From contig CAVWJB010000005.1 of assembly GCA_963755285.1 (NCBI GenBank), positions 94,433 to 158,432 on the forward strand: a stretch of DNA of 64,000 bases, in the 5' to 3' direction. The notes below the pieces were generated by a model. It was given only the letters and a program-made list of their open reading frames with translations, had not been told where the DNA came from and searched no databases. Position numbers and translations under genes: made by a program. Source of the stretch: an uncultured Chloroflexia bacterium (GTDB lineage: Bacteria; Chloroflexota; Limnocylindria; Limnocylindrales; CSP1-4). Of this stretch, positions 56,072 through 64,000 are shown in pieces. The number at the start of each line of letters is the position of its first letter. Within the stretch, counting starts at the first letter, position 1.

Positions 56072-56820
56072 CAGGCCACTCCAACCGGCTGCTGCAGGTC
56101 GGCGACATGCGATCGGACGGTCCCGGCCTGAAGGTCCCTCTCGGCCTGGCGATATCGGTCGAGCGATCCAATGTCCAGGACGTAGTCCGGCGAGGCGAGG
56201 CCGTACAGGGGGAGACCGGCCTGAAGGAGCGCCGGAAAGAGGTCCGATCCGAAATCGAATGGCGTCGCCGGCGGCACGAGGTCGAGCACTCGGCGATGCA
56301 GGACGTAGATCCCGCTGTTGGCCAGGCGACCGAACTCGTCCGTCGCCGGCTTCTCGATGAACCGAATGACCCGACCAGCCGCGTCGAGCTGGACGATGCC
56401 GCTCCGGGTCGGGTCTTCGTTCTCGGCCAGGACGAGCGTTCCGACCCCACCGAACCCTCGATCGGCGCTCTCGAGCCGGGACAAGTCGACATCGGTGAGC
56501 ACATCGCCGTAGACCACCACGAACCGCTCGCCGAGGTACCAGTCCAGCTGTCGGGCGGCGCCGGCCGAACCCAGGAGCTCGCGCTCCGGCGAGTAGGTGA
56601 TCCGAACGCCGAAGCGCGAACCATCACCAAAGTGGTCGACGATCGCCTCAGGGCGATAGTGCAGATTGATCGCGATGTCGCGGATCCCGTGGTGCGCCAA
56701 CAGAGCGACGAGGTGCTCGAGAAGGGGCCGACCGGCCAGGGAAAGCATCGGCTTCGGCCGATCCAGGGTCAGAGGACGCAACCGGATGCCTTCGCCGGCC
56801 GCCAGGACGAGCGCTTTCAT
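56071..56820 (-). CDS. hddC: sugar-1-phosphate nucleotidyltransferase, D-glycero-alpha-D-manno-heptose-1-phosphate guanylyltransferase (HddC-like)
   Basis: 249 aa; MKALVLAAGEGIRLRPLTLDRPKPML...; context. Confidence 0.68.
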   Translation of the reverse strand: MKALVLAAGEGIRLRPLTLDRPKPMLSLAGRPLLEHLVALLAHHGIRDIAINLHYRPEAIVDHFGDGSRFGVRITYSPERELLGSAGAARQLDWYLGERFVVVYGDVLTDVDLSRLESADRGFGGVGTLVLAENEDPTRSGIVQLDAAGRVIRFIEKPATDEFGRLANSGIYVLHRRVLDLVPPATPFDFGSDLFPALLQAGLPLYGLASPDYVLDIGSLDRYRQAERDLQAGTVRSHVADLQQPVGVA

Positions 56821-57413
56821 CTCGCACCGACGAGAATCCGCTGCGATCCACTCACGCCGACGGAACCAGTGACGAACCGGGCGGCCTGGAGCAAGCCCGG
56901 CAGGACGGCGAGACAGCCGGTCGGAAGCTCGTCCTCGGGAGGCTGTTCACGAGTCCGTCCGCTCAGCAGCAGGATCGAGGAGCAGCCCGCACGTCGGGCC
57001 GCCTCCAGGTCGTGCGGATGGTCGCCGATCATCAGGGCGTCGGACGGCTCGATCCCCAGTCGGGCAGCTGCTTCGACGAGGAGCCCCGGCTCCGGCTTCC
57101 GGCAGGCGCAGCCTTCGTCTGGACGATGAGGACAGAGCAGAACCGCCCGAATTGCCCCGCCCCGCCGTGCGATCTCCGCGACCATCCTCTCGTGGATGCG
57201 GTCCACGACGTCCCGGGCGACGATCCCTCGATTCACGATCGACTGGTTGGTGACGACAACCACCTGGAAGCCGGATCGGGTGAGCAGGGCGAGACCATCC
57301 AGCACGCCAGGCAAGAACTCGAGGTCTGACCAGGTGCGGACGTGTTCGGCCCGGTTGACGTTGATCACGCCGTCCCGGTCGACGAAGACGGCGGGTGCCC
57401 CGTGCCCCTTCAT
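56817..57413 (-). CDS. gmhB: D-glycero-D-manno-heptose 1,7-bisphosphate phosphatase (HAD-IIIA, GmhB)
   Basis: 198 aa; VFVDRDGVIN, VVVVTNQS, C-x-H-x6-C-x-C zinc motif (CPHRPDEGCACRKP), MIGDHPHDLEAA. Confidence 0.75.
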   Translation of the reverse strand: MKGHGAPAVFVDRDGVINVNRAEHVRTWSDLEFLPGVLDGLALLTRSGFQVVVVTNQSIVNRGIVARDVVDRIHERMVAEIARRGGAIRAVLLCPHRPDEGCACRKPEPGLLVEAAARLGIEPSDALMIGDHPHDLEAARRAGCSSILLLSGRTREQPPEDELPTGCLAVLPGLLQAARFVTGSVGVSGSQRILVGAR

Positions 57414-57964
57414 CGCTCGATGGGCACCTCCGTGGGTACGGAGCGGAGGGCTGCGGCGAGCGCGTGGCCCACGGCCGCGTGGACGTCCTCGACGACGCCG
57501 TAATCGTTCGCCGGGACATGGATCGCGACGTCGGCGAGGTCGCGGGTGTCGCCACCCTGGAATCCGATCAGCCCGATGACCTGTGCGCCACAGGCCTGCG
57601 CGGAGCGAACCGCAGCCACGATGTTCGGGGACTTCCCGCTCGAGCTGATCGCGATCACCACGTCGTCCGGATCGACGAGGGCTTCGATCTGGGCTGCGAA
57701 GACGCGTTCGTACGAGGTGTCATTTGCCCAGGCCGACAGAAGCGGAACGCTGTCGGTCAGGGCGAACGAGCGGAGCGGGCGCCCACCGTCCTGGGCCGCA
57801 GTCTTGGTCAGGTCGCAGACGAGATGGCTGGCGAGGGCGGCGCTGCCGCCGTTGCCGATAACCCACACCCGGCGACCCGTCGAGCGGGCGGCCAGCAACA
57901 GGTCGATCGCCCGGTTCAGCGGTTCGGCTGGCACTCGTTGCAGCGTCTCCGCGACCCGCGTCAT
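57410..57964 (-). CDS. gmhA: phosphoheptose isomerase (SIS domain, GmhA)
   Basis: Conserved core starts at MTRVAETLQRV...VWVIGNGGSAALASHLVCDL...ISSSGKSPNIV. An in-frame GTG at 58066 overlapping the Wzc stop (GTGA) would add 34 low-complexity residues, so the true start is 57964 or 58066. Confidence 0.7.
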   Translation of the reverse strand: MTRVAETLQRVPAEPLNRAIDLLLAARSTGRRVWVIGNGGSAALASHLVCDLTKTAAQDGGRPLRSFALTDSVPLLSAWANDTSYERVFAAQIEALVDPDDVVIAISSSGKSPNIVAAVRSAQACGAQVIGLIGFQGGDTRDLADVAIHVPANDYGVVEDVHAAVGHALAAALRSVPTEVPIER

Positions 57965-58062
57965 GTGCCGCTGAGCGACAGTGTGAGCCGGTGGCCTGGA
58001 CACGGGAACCGGCGCGCGGGTCGTCGGCGCGATCGCCACCGTGACGGACGCTCGGCGGCTGG

Positions 58063-59645
58063 TCACTGGACGCCGCGGTGCTGGGCCGGGGGTTGCGGCA
58101 TGGCGACCATGTCCTTATCGCCGTAGCCGCCGTAGTAGTAGTTCAGGTTCTCCACCGATCGTTTCGGGACCTGATTGATGACGGATCCCAGAACTCGTGC
58201 TCCGGCCTTGGTGAGCGCCTCCCGCGCGTGACCTGCCTGGCCGCCCTTGGTGCGGCCGGCCTGGACGACGACGATGGTCACGTCGGCGATCGAGGCCAGG
58301 ATCGCTCCGTCGGCGACGCCCGAGACGGGCGGGCTATCGAGCACGATCACGTCGAACTCGTCGCCGAGCTGCTTGAGGATCTCGCGGAAACGATCGGAGC
58401 CCAGGAGCTCTGCCGGGTTCGGCGGCAACGGACCGCTGGTGATGATCTGCAGCCCCTCCTGGTCGGTTTCCTGGCCGACCGATCCCGGGCTGACGTCCGG
58501 GTCCAGCAGGAGTGACGTGAGCCCACGCCTGTTCGTAAGGTTGAAGATGCGATGGGCGCCCGGCTTTCGGAGGTCCGCGTCCACCAGGACCGTACGCTTG
58601 CCGGCCTGGGCGAATGCAACCGCGAGGTTGGCGGCGGTGGTTGTCTTGCCCTCGCCCTGCGAAGGGCTCGTGACGAGCACCGTCTTCATCTCAGCGTCGA
58701 CGCTGGCGAAGGCGATGTTCGCTCGGAGCGTGCGGTATGACTCGGCCGCCGAGGAGCGCGGGTAGACCAACGTGACAAGGCGGTAGATCTCGCTCCTGGC
58801 GCGATTGCCCGGCAGCTTCGCGATGAGACCAAGAGTCGAAGCCCCGACAATCGCATCGACGTCGGATGCCGTCTTCAGCGTGTCATCGAGGTGCTCCACG
58901 ACGAACGCGATGGCGGCGGCGACCAGCAGACCGATCAGGCCGGCCAGGGCGGTATTCAAGAGGATGCGCGGTGAGGAAGGCGCCGATGGAGGCAGTGCCT
59001 GTTGGTCGAATGCCACCGAGTTGGTCGGGGGCTTTGACGACAGCAGGAGCGTCGCCAGGGTTGCTCGGAGGGCGCCCAGCTGCTGGGTAACGGTCTCGAG
59101 CCGGGCTCGCTGAAGGGCTTCGGCGAGGACAGTGCCTCGAGCGTCTGCTGCTCGCTCTCAGCCTTGCCGATCTGACCGGTGATCGCGGCAATCTGATCGT
59201 CGATGATCTTGTCGTAGGCGGTCTTGCTGCCCACCGGGGGCGCCACTGCGATGAGCGCGTCGCCCACCGCGTTGGCGATGACCGCCGCCCTGGTCGGGTC
59301 CCCATCCTGGGCGCTGATCAGGATCTGCGCGCTGTCGGTTGAAGCAGCGACCTGAACCCGGGCTTGGAGCTCAGCCGGGTCGGAGCCGGGGAGCTTCTCG
59401 GCAACGGCCTGGAACAGCGATCGATCCGCCTTGTCGACATAGAACCGGACGAGCTGCTGGGCGATCGTGATCTGGTTCGGGTCCGGGTTCTGCAGGATCA
59501 GGAACTGGCCCACCCCCAGCTTGGCCTGAGCCTCGTACGTCGGCGGAATCGTCCGGCTGACCATGAAGGCGGCCCCGCCGGCGAGCGCGACGCTCGCCAC
59601 CAGCAGCCACGCCCAGCGCCGCAGGACGCTCAGCTGCCTGTTCAC
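58063..59645 (-). pseudogene. wzc: Wzc-type polysaccharide co-polymerase (Wzz domain) fused to a BY-kinase (CpsD/CapB tyrosine kinase) domain, frameshifted near 59140-59160
   Basis: N-terminal frame: MNRQLSVLRRWAWLLVASVALAGGAAFMVS...ITGQIGKAESEQQ|. Downstream frame: |...TVLAEALQRARLETVTQQLGALRATLATLLLSSKPPTNSVAFDQQ...second TM...VTSPSQGEGKTTTAANLAVAFAQAGKRTVLVDADLRKP (Walker A)...VLDSPPV...YYYGGYG. Confidence 0.7.
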
Positions 59646-59939
59646 ACGATCCCCTGCAGCGTACCGACCGGCCGCGGCCCCATTCCACTGCTCCAGGTGC
59701 GGCGGTGAGGGGACGCGTCAGGCGGCGGCGAGGTGCCAGAACGGGTCGCGGATCCGGCCGCCAGGTCGGTCGCACCGAGTCCGACACCCAGGTTCCTGGA
59801 TCGCCGAGGGCCTTCCGCGCCGAGGTCTTCGGCGGGTCGGCGGCGAGCCGAAACCGCAACGTTGGCGGCTTTCAATGGAGATCCCCCTCCGAAGTCCCGG
59901 TGCGCCGCCGAACTCCATCGCCGACCACGGTCGGTGTCC

Positions 59940-60040
59940 GGCCACGCCTTCTTCGTAGAGGGTAAGCATAGGCAACGAGTAAATAGGTAGGCTGGGCTAC
60001 GGTGTTAAGAAATGGCTAGTACTTTACGCTCAATCGGAGG
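59940..60040. promoter_or_regulatory. AT-rich island (taagcataggcaacgagtaaataggtaggctgggctacggtgttaagaaatggctagtactttacgct) at the 3' end of the DUF4012 gene and 370 bp upstream of wzc. Candidate promoter or regulatory region for the glycan operon.
   Basis: Stands out sharply against the surrounding 70%+ GC. The 59646-60015 intergenic stretch has no credible ORF. Confidence 0.3.
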
Positions 60041-62012
60041 TCGGTCTGGAACGTCGTGACCAGCGTTGCCGTGTCGCCCGAAACCGTAAGACCGTCCGTT
60101 GTGGACTTGATCCGGGAGCCGGACGGGGCGTGGATCGTCAGGCTCAGCGGCCCGGGCAAGAGCCCCGGCTGTTTCTGAATCAGCAGGCGATACAGGCGGT
60201 CCCCTTGGTCGGCGACGGCGGCCCCTGAGGTCGTCCAAACGTAGCGCAGGCTCGTCTGGCCAGGAGGCGCCAGGAGGTAGGTTCCGACGACGACGCGACC
60301 GGCCTCGTTGGCAACAACGGCGGGCGCCGTGACCTCCGCGGACTGCCCGCCTGAGACAGCGTCGATCGAGCTTCCTTCGGGCGCCAGGAGCCGGAAGTAG
60401 ATCCCGAGATTACGCAGGTGCTTGTTTCCTGGAAGCTCACGATAGGGTGTGCCGGCCGGGGTCATGATTCCGTTGTCCCACGTGATGTCCAAGGTGTGAA
60501 CCGCGTTGCCCGCGGCGTCGAGCGCGACGTCGAGTACCAGGCTCCGGGTGGTGACTGCGTTCAGCTTCGAGGACGGTAAGACGTTCGAGTCGACGGCATA
60601 GACATAGTCGCCGGGCTCGTCTATCACCCCTCCTGCGAAGCCGCTCGTGACGGCAAGCGCCTGGTCGTCCGGGTTCTTGAACCACGCGAGCAACAGGTGC
60701 TGGCGCTGGAGCGTGTCCGCCGCGCTGGCCAGCCCCGTCCACTGCTTCGACGGGAGGGCGAGCAATCGATCGAATATCTGGTCGGCGAACGCCGACAGAA
60801 ACGCCTTGCGGGTCGCTCCGGGCTTGGCCACACGGGTCAGCTGGAGCGTCTTGAGCGTGGTCTCCCCCGTTGCGATCGTGGCCTGGTACGCGGGCACGTC
60901 GATCGGTCCGGTGATCTTCAGCAGCTCGTCGATCGTGTAGGTCGTGATCCCGAGGACGCCGTCGATCTGCTTGTCGCCTGATTCGTTGGTGTACAGCCGA
61001 AGAGCATCCTGCGCGCTCGTGGGAAAGTCGGGTGACCAATTGGCGGCGATCAGCTGCCATGGCTGCTTCGTCGAACCGAGCAGGTAGGTCGACAGGTCGG
61101 CCGGCGGTTTGATGAAGGGGTAGTCCGGCGGCAGGTCGAGGTCGAAGACGTCGTGAAAGCTCCGATCGGTGACCCGGCCGCGGTCAAACGTGACGACGCC
61201 ATAGCTACCGAGGAAGCCGCCGGTCGGACGAAGCTCCGCTGGGTCCTGGGTCAGGACGAGGTAGCGCCGAGGACCGTCCCATCCGAGCATCGCCGGAAGT
61301 CGTCCGCTGAGTTCCACGTACGAGTCGAGCAGGGGGCCATACCGGGCCACGCGTTCGATGATCGCATCGCGTGCGCCGTCGACCGGCCCGGCCAGTCCGT
61401 CCGGTACGGTCGCCAGCTTCGCCTGGGCGCGAGCAAGCGCGGCCTGGGCGGCAAGGGCTCGTGTCACGCGATGTGACCATCAACTCGACCAACTGAGCCA
61501 TCGCCGAGCCACTCGCCGGGGTCCGTCGCCCGGGCCTCCTTGATCTCCACGTATCGGACCCCCATCGCGAGACCGTCGTCAGCAGCATCAAGCAGATCGC
61601 GGGAGGCCGCGACGACCGCTTCTGCACCCGTGACCTGGTCCGCGGTCGGGGGCAGCACCCGAGCCAGCCCGAGCAGCGGGTCAGTGGAGAGGAGATCCGA
61701 GACGTGATCCAGCCGGGCACGGGCGGCCCGCAGGTCCCGATCGAGACTTCCGATCATCGGCCGATCGATGCCCAGACCGGCGGTCTGAACACGCGAAGCC
61801 ATCGTTTCCAGGTCCGTTCGAAGGCTCCGAGCCTCGTCGAGCGCTGGCAGATACCGGACGACGGCGAGTGCGGCGCTTGCCGTGGCCAGGACGAGCAGGA
61901 TCACACCGGCTCCGAGCACGACGTATCGGCGGCGCCTCGGGCTCCTGCGCCGACGCTGCCGGCCGATGGGTTTGGCGAACAGCCGCGCCAGTCTCGGTTC
62001 CGGATCGGTCAT
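60016..62012 (-). pseudogene. DUF4012 domain-containing protein (N-terminal TM anchor), split by a one-base frame change at 61464-61470
   Basis: N-terminal ORF (182 aa) has a TM (YVVLGAGVILLVLATASAALAVV) and ends ...GSVGRVDGHIA*. The 483-aa ORF starts 3 nt away in another frame (V/MTRALAAQAALARAQAKLATVPDG...). Both halves match the about 600-aa DUF4012 architecture; family assignment from memory. Confidence 0.58.
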
Positions 62013-62174
62013 CTCATTCGGCCTCTGTCGATTGGCAGCGGCGAGAATTTTCCAAACGTGCGAATGCCATGGATGTCGATGGCGGCTCCCCCGTTGGAGC
62101 CCGATGCGAGCCCCGGATCATGCACCGAGTCGGCGAATGGCGCAGGAAAGCCGTCACCGGCTAGGGCCGATCCG

Positions 62175-62858
62175 TCAGCGGGGCTCTGGGATAACCAGCC
62201 TCTGGCCGACGTGGAGAATCGAGTTCTTGAGCTTGTTCGCGTTCTTGATGGCCTGAACCGTGACCCCGTACTTGACCGCGATCGACCCGAGGGTGTCGCC
62301 CTTCTTGACGCGATAGACGACGGGAGCCGGCGTAGGGCTCGCGGTCGGGCTCGCCGTGGGGTTCGCTGTGGGAGTTGGGCCGGGGCTGAGGGTGGGTCCC
62401 GGGCTCAGTGCCAGGGCCGATGCGCGAAGTGGTAGCGGCGAGGGCGACCCAATCGCCTCACCGGGCATCACGAGCGCCGCGATCCGAGGACCGCCCAGTC
62501 CGACGGCCATCAGCACCCCGACGATCAGCAGGACGGCGATCAGACGCCGAGCGATCTCGCCCGCCTGGGGGGCGCGATCGGGCTGTCGGTCCGGAGGCCG
62601 TGCGGATTCACGCCTGCGTGGCACCGGGATCAGGAAGCCGGAACCAGCCGCGCGGACCGGACGATAGCGATTGCACGAGGGATACGCGCTCGACAGGCAG
62701 AACGCCGCCTGATGGGCGGGCTCGATCGATCTCGTCATCCGTCCGGCCCGACAGCGATGGGCGGCCGACGCAAACGTGAGACGAGTGTCGGGGTCCTCGG
62801 CCAACCCAAGGTAGGGGCAGGCCTCCAACGCGACGCTCGGATCGGATGAGCTCGTCAT
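62175..62858 (-). CDS. LysM peptidoglycan-binding domain protein: cytoplasmic Cys-rich N-terminus (CPYLG...HRC...C), one TM, PT-rich linker, C-terminal LysM
   Basis: 227 aa from ATG 62858; Lys[44 protein letters not shown]; [18 protein letters not shown]. Confidence 0.6.
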   Translation of the reverse strand: MTSSSDPSVALEACPYLGLAEDPDTRLTFASAAHRCRAGRMTRSIEPAHQAAFCLSSAYPSCNRYRPVRAAGSGFLIPVPRRRESARPPDRQPDRAPQAGEIARRLIAVLLIVGVLMAVGLGGPRIAALVMPGEAIGSPSPLPLRASALALSPGPTLSPGPTPTANPTASPTASPTPAPVVYRVKKGDTLGSIAVKYGVTVQAIKNANKLKNSILHVGQRLVIPEPR

Positions 62859-63066
62859 GGGAGGCGCGGCCCGAAGGCCAGTGTCGGCCGAGTCCAGCGG
62901 CCTACCTCGAGCATCGCCCCATACTACGCGGTCACCGGCCGGCCGGCGATCGAGCCACCGTCGGGGCCCGGCGCGCCCCGCGTAGCTGGCGGTGGCGATG
63001 ACCACGGTTGCCGTGCGAACTTCCTGTTCGAGTCGTCGCAGCCGTTGGCGACCGACCCGGCGTCGG

Positions 63067-63954
63067 TTACTGCGGAGCCGGGATCACGAGCCGCTGCCCG
63101 ACGTGAATGAGGTTCGGATCCTTGATGTGATTCAGGCGTCTGATCGACTGGGGCGTTACCCCGAAGCGCGCCGCAATCGAGACCAGAGTCTCTCCCGAGT
63201 GCACCACGTGCGTCCTTCGGGGCGTTGCGACAGGCGGTGCCGGGGTCGGGATGGACGTCGGGGGCGCCGGCCGGGCGGGCGACGGAGCGGCGATCGCGAC
63301 CGCGCCGGCATCCCGGGCTGCGCCGGGTGACGTCGGGGGCGGAGCGACCGGTTGGGTCACCCCTGGCGTCGCGACCAGGGCGGCAGCGTTGCCCAGGAAG
63401 TCGCCGTCCGGGAGCCAGCCGAACAGCGAGCTCGACGCCGCCGCACGAAACAAGGCGGCGATCGCGAGCGCCAGCAGGAGCGCAAGGATCAAGACCCGCC
63501 GTCGAACGCTGGACCTTCGGGCAGATGGCTGCTGGGCGCTGCCGAGCTGCGCAGGTGATGCCGCTGCGCTTGGTCGAGGGCGAGCAGCCGAGGTCGCACT
63601 GGCCGATTCGACTGCAGGCCGTGAACCTGGAAGCCGAGCGCGGGTATCTGCAACCGGGGTGGAGACTGGGAATGCCCAAGCTCGCGGAGCTCCCACCCCT
63701 GGTTCCGCCTCCACGAGAGGCTGAGCCTTCGCGTTCTCGGCTGCTTCCGGGCGGGTTACGAGGGCTCCGGCCGCCACAGTGACGGCACTCGCGGGCTCGG
63801 CGCTTACCGCACTGGTGGCTGCGATCGCCGCCGCCGCCGACATGGCTGGGAGCGGCGGGGTCGACAGTTGTGTCGCGATCGTGTCGGAGCTCGGCACCCT
63901 GGTCGGGGCCGTGGCGAGTTCCACATCGATGGGAGGGAGGACCGACCGAAGCAC
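63067..63954 (-). CDS. LysM peptidoglycan-binding domain protein (paralogue of 62175..62858); the N-terminus may extend past the listed start
   Basis: C-terminal Lys[47 protein letters not shown]; [18 protein letters not shown]; long A/P/S-rich N-terminal region. Confidence 0.55.
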   Translation of the reverse strand: MLRSVLPPIDVELATAPTRVPSSDTIATQLSTPPLPAMSAAAAIAATSAVSAEPASAVTVAAGALVTRPEAAENAKAQPLVEAEPGVGAPRAWAFPVSTPVADTRARLPGSRPAVESASATSAARPRPSAAASPAQLGSAQQPSARRSSVRRRVLILALLLALAIAALFRAAASSSLFGWLPDGDFLGNAAALVATPGVTQPVAPPPTSPGAARDAGAVAIAAPSPARPAPPTSIPTPAPPVATPRRTHVVHSGETLVSIAARFGVTPQSIRRLNHIKDPNLIHVGQRLVIPAPQ

Positions 63955-64000
63955 GGAAGAAACGGTCGCCGACTTCCAGGCGGTCGGTGGTTGAGTCGTC

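Noticed and set aside
57965-58066. Extended GTG start (58066) for gmhA giving a 34-aa low-complexity N-terminal extension
   Set aside because: The conserved GmhA N-terminus begins at the internal ATG (57964). The GTGA overlap with wzc makes the longer form possible, so it is noted rather than annotated.

Overview
This 64-kb window is very GC-rich (about 70% or more) and almost all recognisable genes lie on the minus strand, mostly in long, translationally coupled chains (ATGA/GTGA overlaps). The house-keeping content looks like an actinobacterial-type Gram-positive chromosome: rpsF-ssb-rpsR, uvrC ... rapZ-yvcK-whiA-tpiA-gpmI-secG, tatA-tatC, pyrF, recJ, secD-secF, htpX-lemA, and eight tRNAs in two clusters plus a lone tRNA-Leu. 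DUF2252, DUF2339, DUF2652 and DUF4012 proteins are also present. The last roughly 28 kb (about 34.6-62 kb) is one co-directional cell-surface glycan locus. It contains a GDP-D-glycero-alpha-D-manno-heptose pathway (gmhA-gmhB-hddC-hddA). It also contains a CDP-deoxyhexose pathway (glucose-1-P cytidylyltransferase, CDP-glucose 4,6-dehydratase, a zinc-ribbon C-methyltransferase-like enzyme and a small SAM methyltransferase). There are two polyprenyl-phosphate sugar transferases, one fused to a GT2 domain and one WbaP-like with an atypical catalytic loop. The rest is eight GT4/GT2 glycosyltransferases, an acetyltransferase, a zinc-ribbon epimerase/dehydratase, a Wzx flippase, a Wzy/O-antigen-ligase-like protein, a Wzc-type co-polymerase/tyrosine kinase, a DUF4012 protein and two tandem LysM proteins. 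This looks like a Wzx/Wzy-dependent heptose- and deoxyhexose-containing envelope heteropolysaccharide that I cannot match to a described system. A second notable item is an ECF sigma / anti-sigma pair in which the anti-sigma factor's extracytoplasmic domain is a recent duplicate of the SecD periplasmic P1 domain. One caveat affects everything: at least about 14 conserved genes are broken by single-base frameshifts, several demonstrably inside short G/C homopolymers. These include secD (two), the ECF sigma, the helicase (three), two GT4s, the Wzy-like gene, Wzc, the C-methyltransferase, DUF4012 and a zinc-ribbon gene. This points to an indel-prone assembly rather than biology, so gene boundaries and 'pseudogene' calls need read-level confirmation. 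I found no CRISPR array, integrase or transposase.
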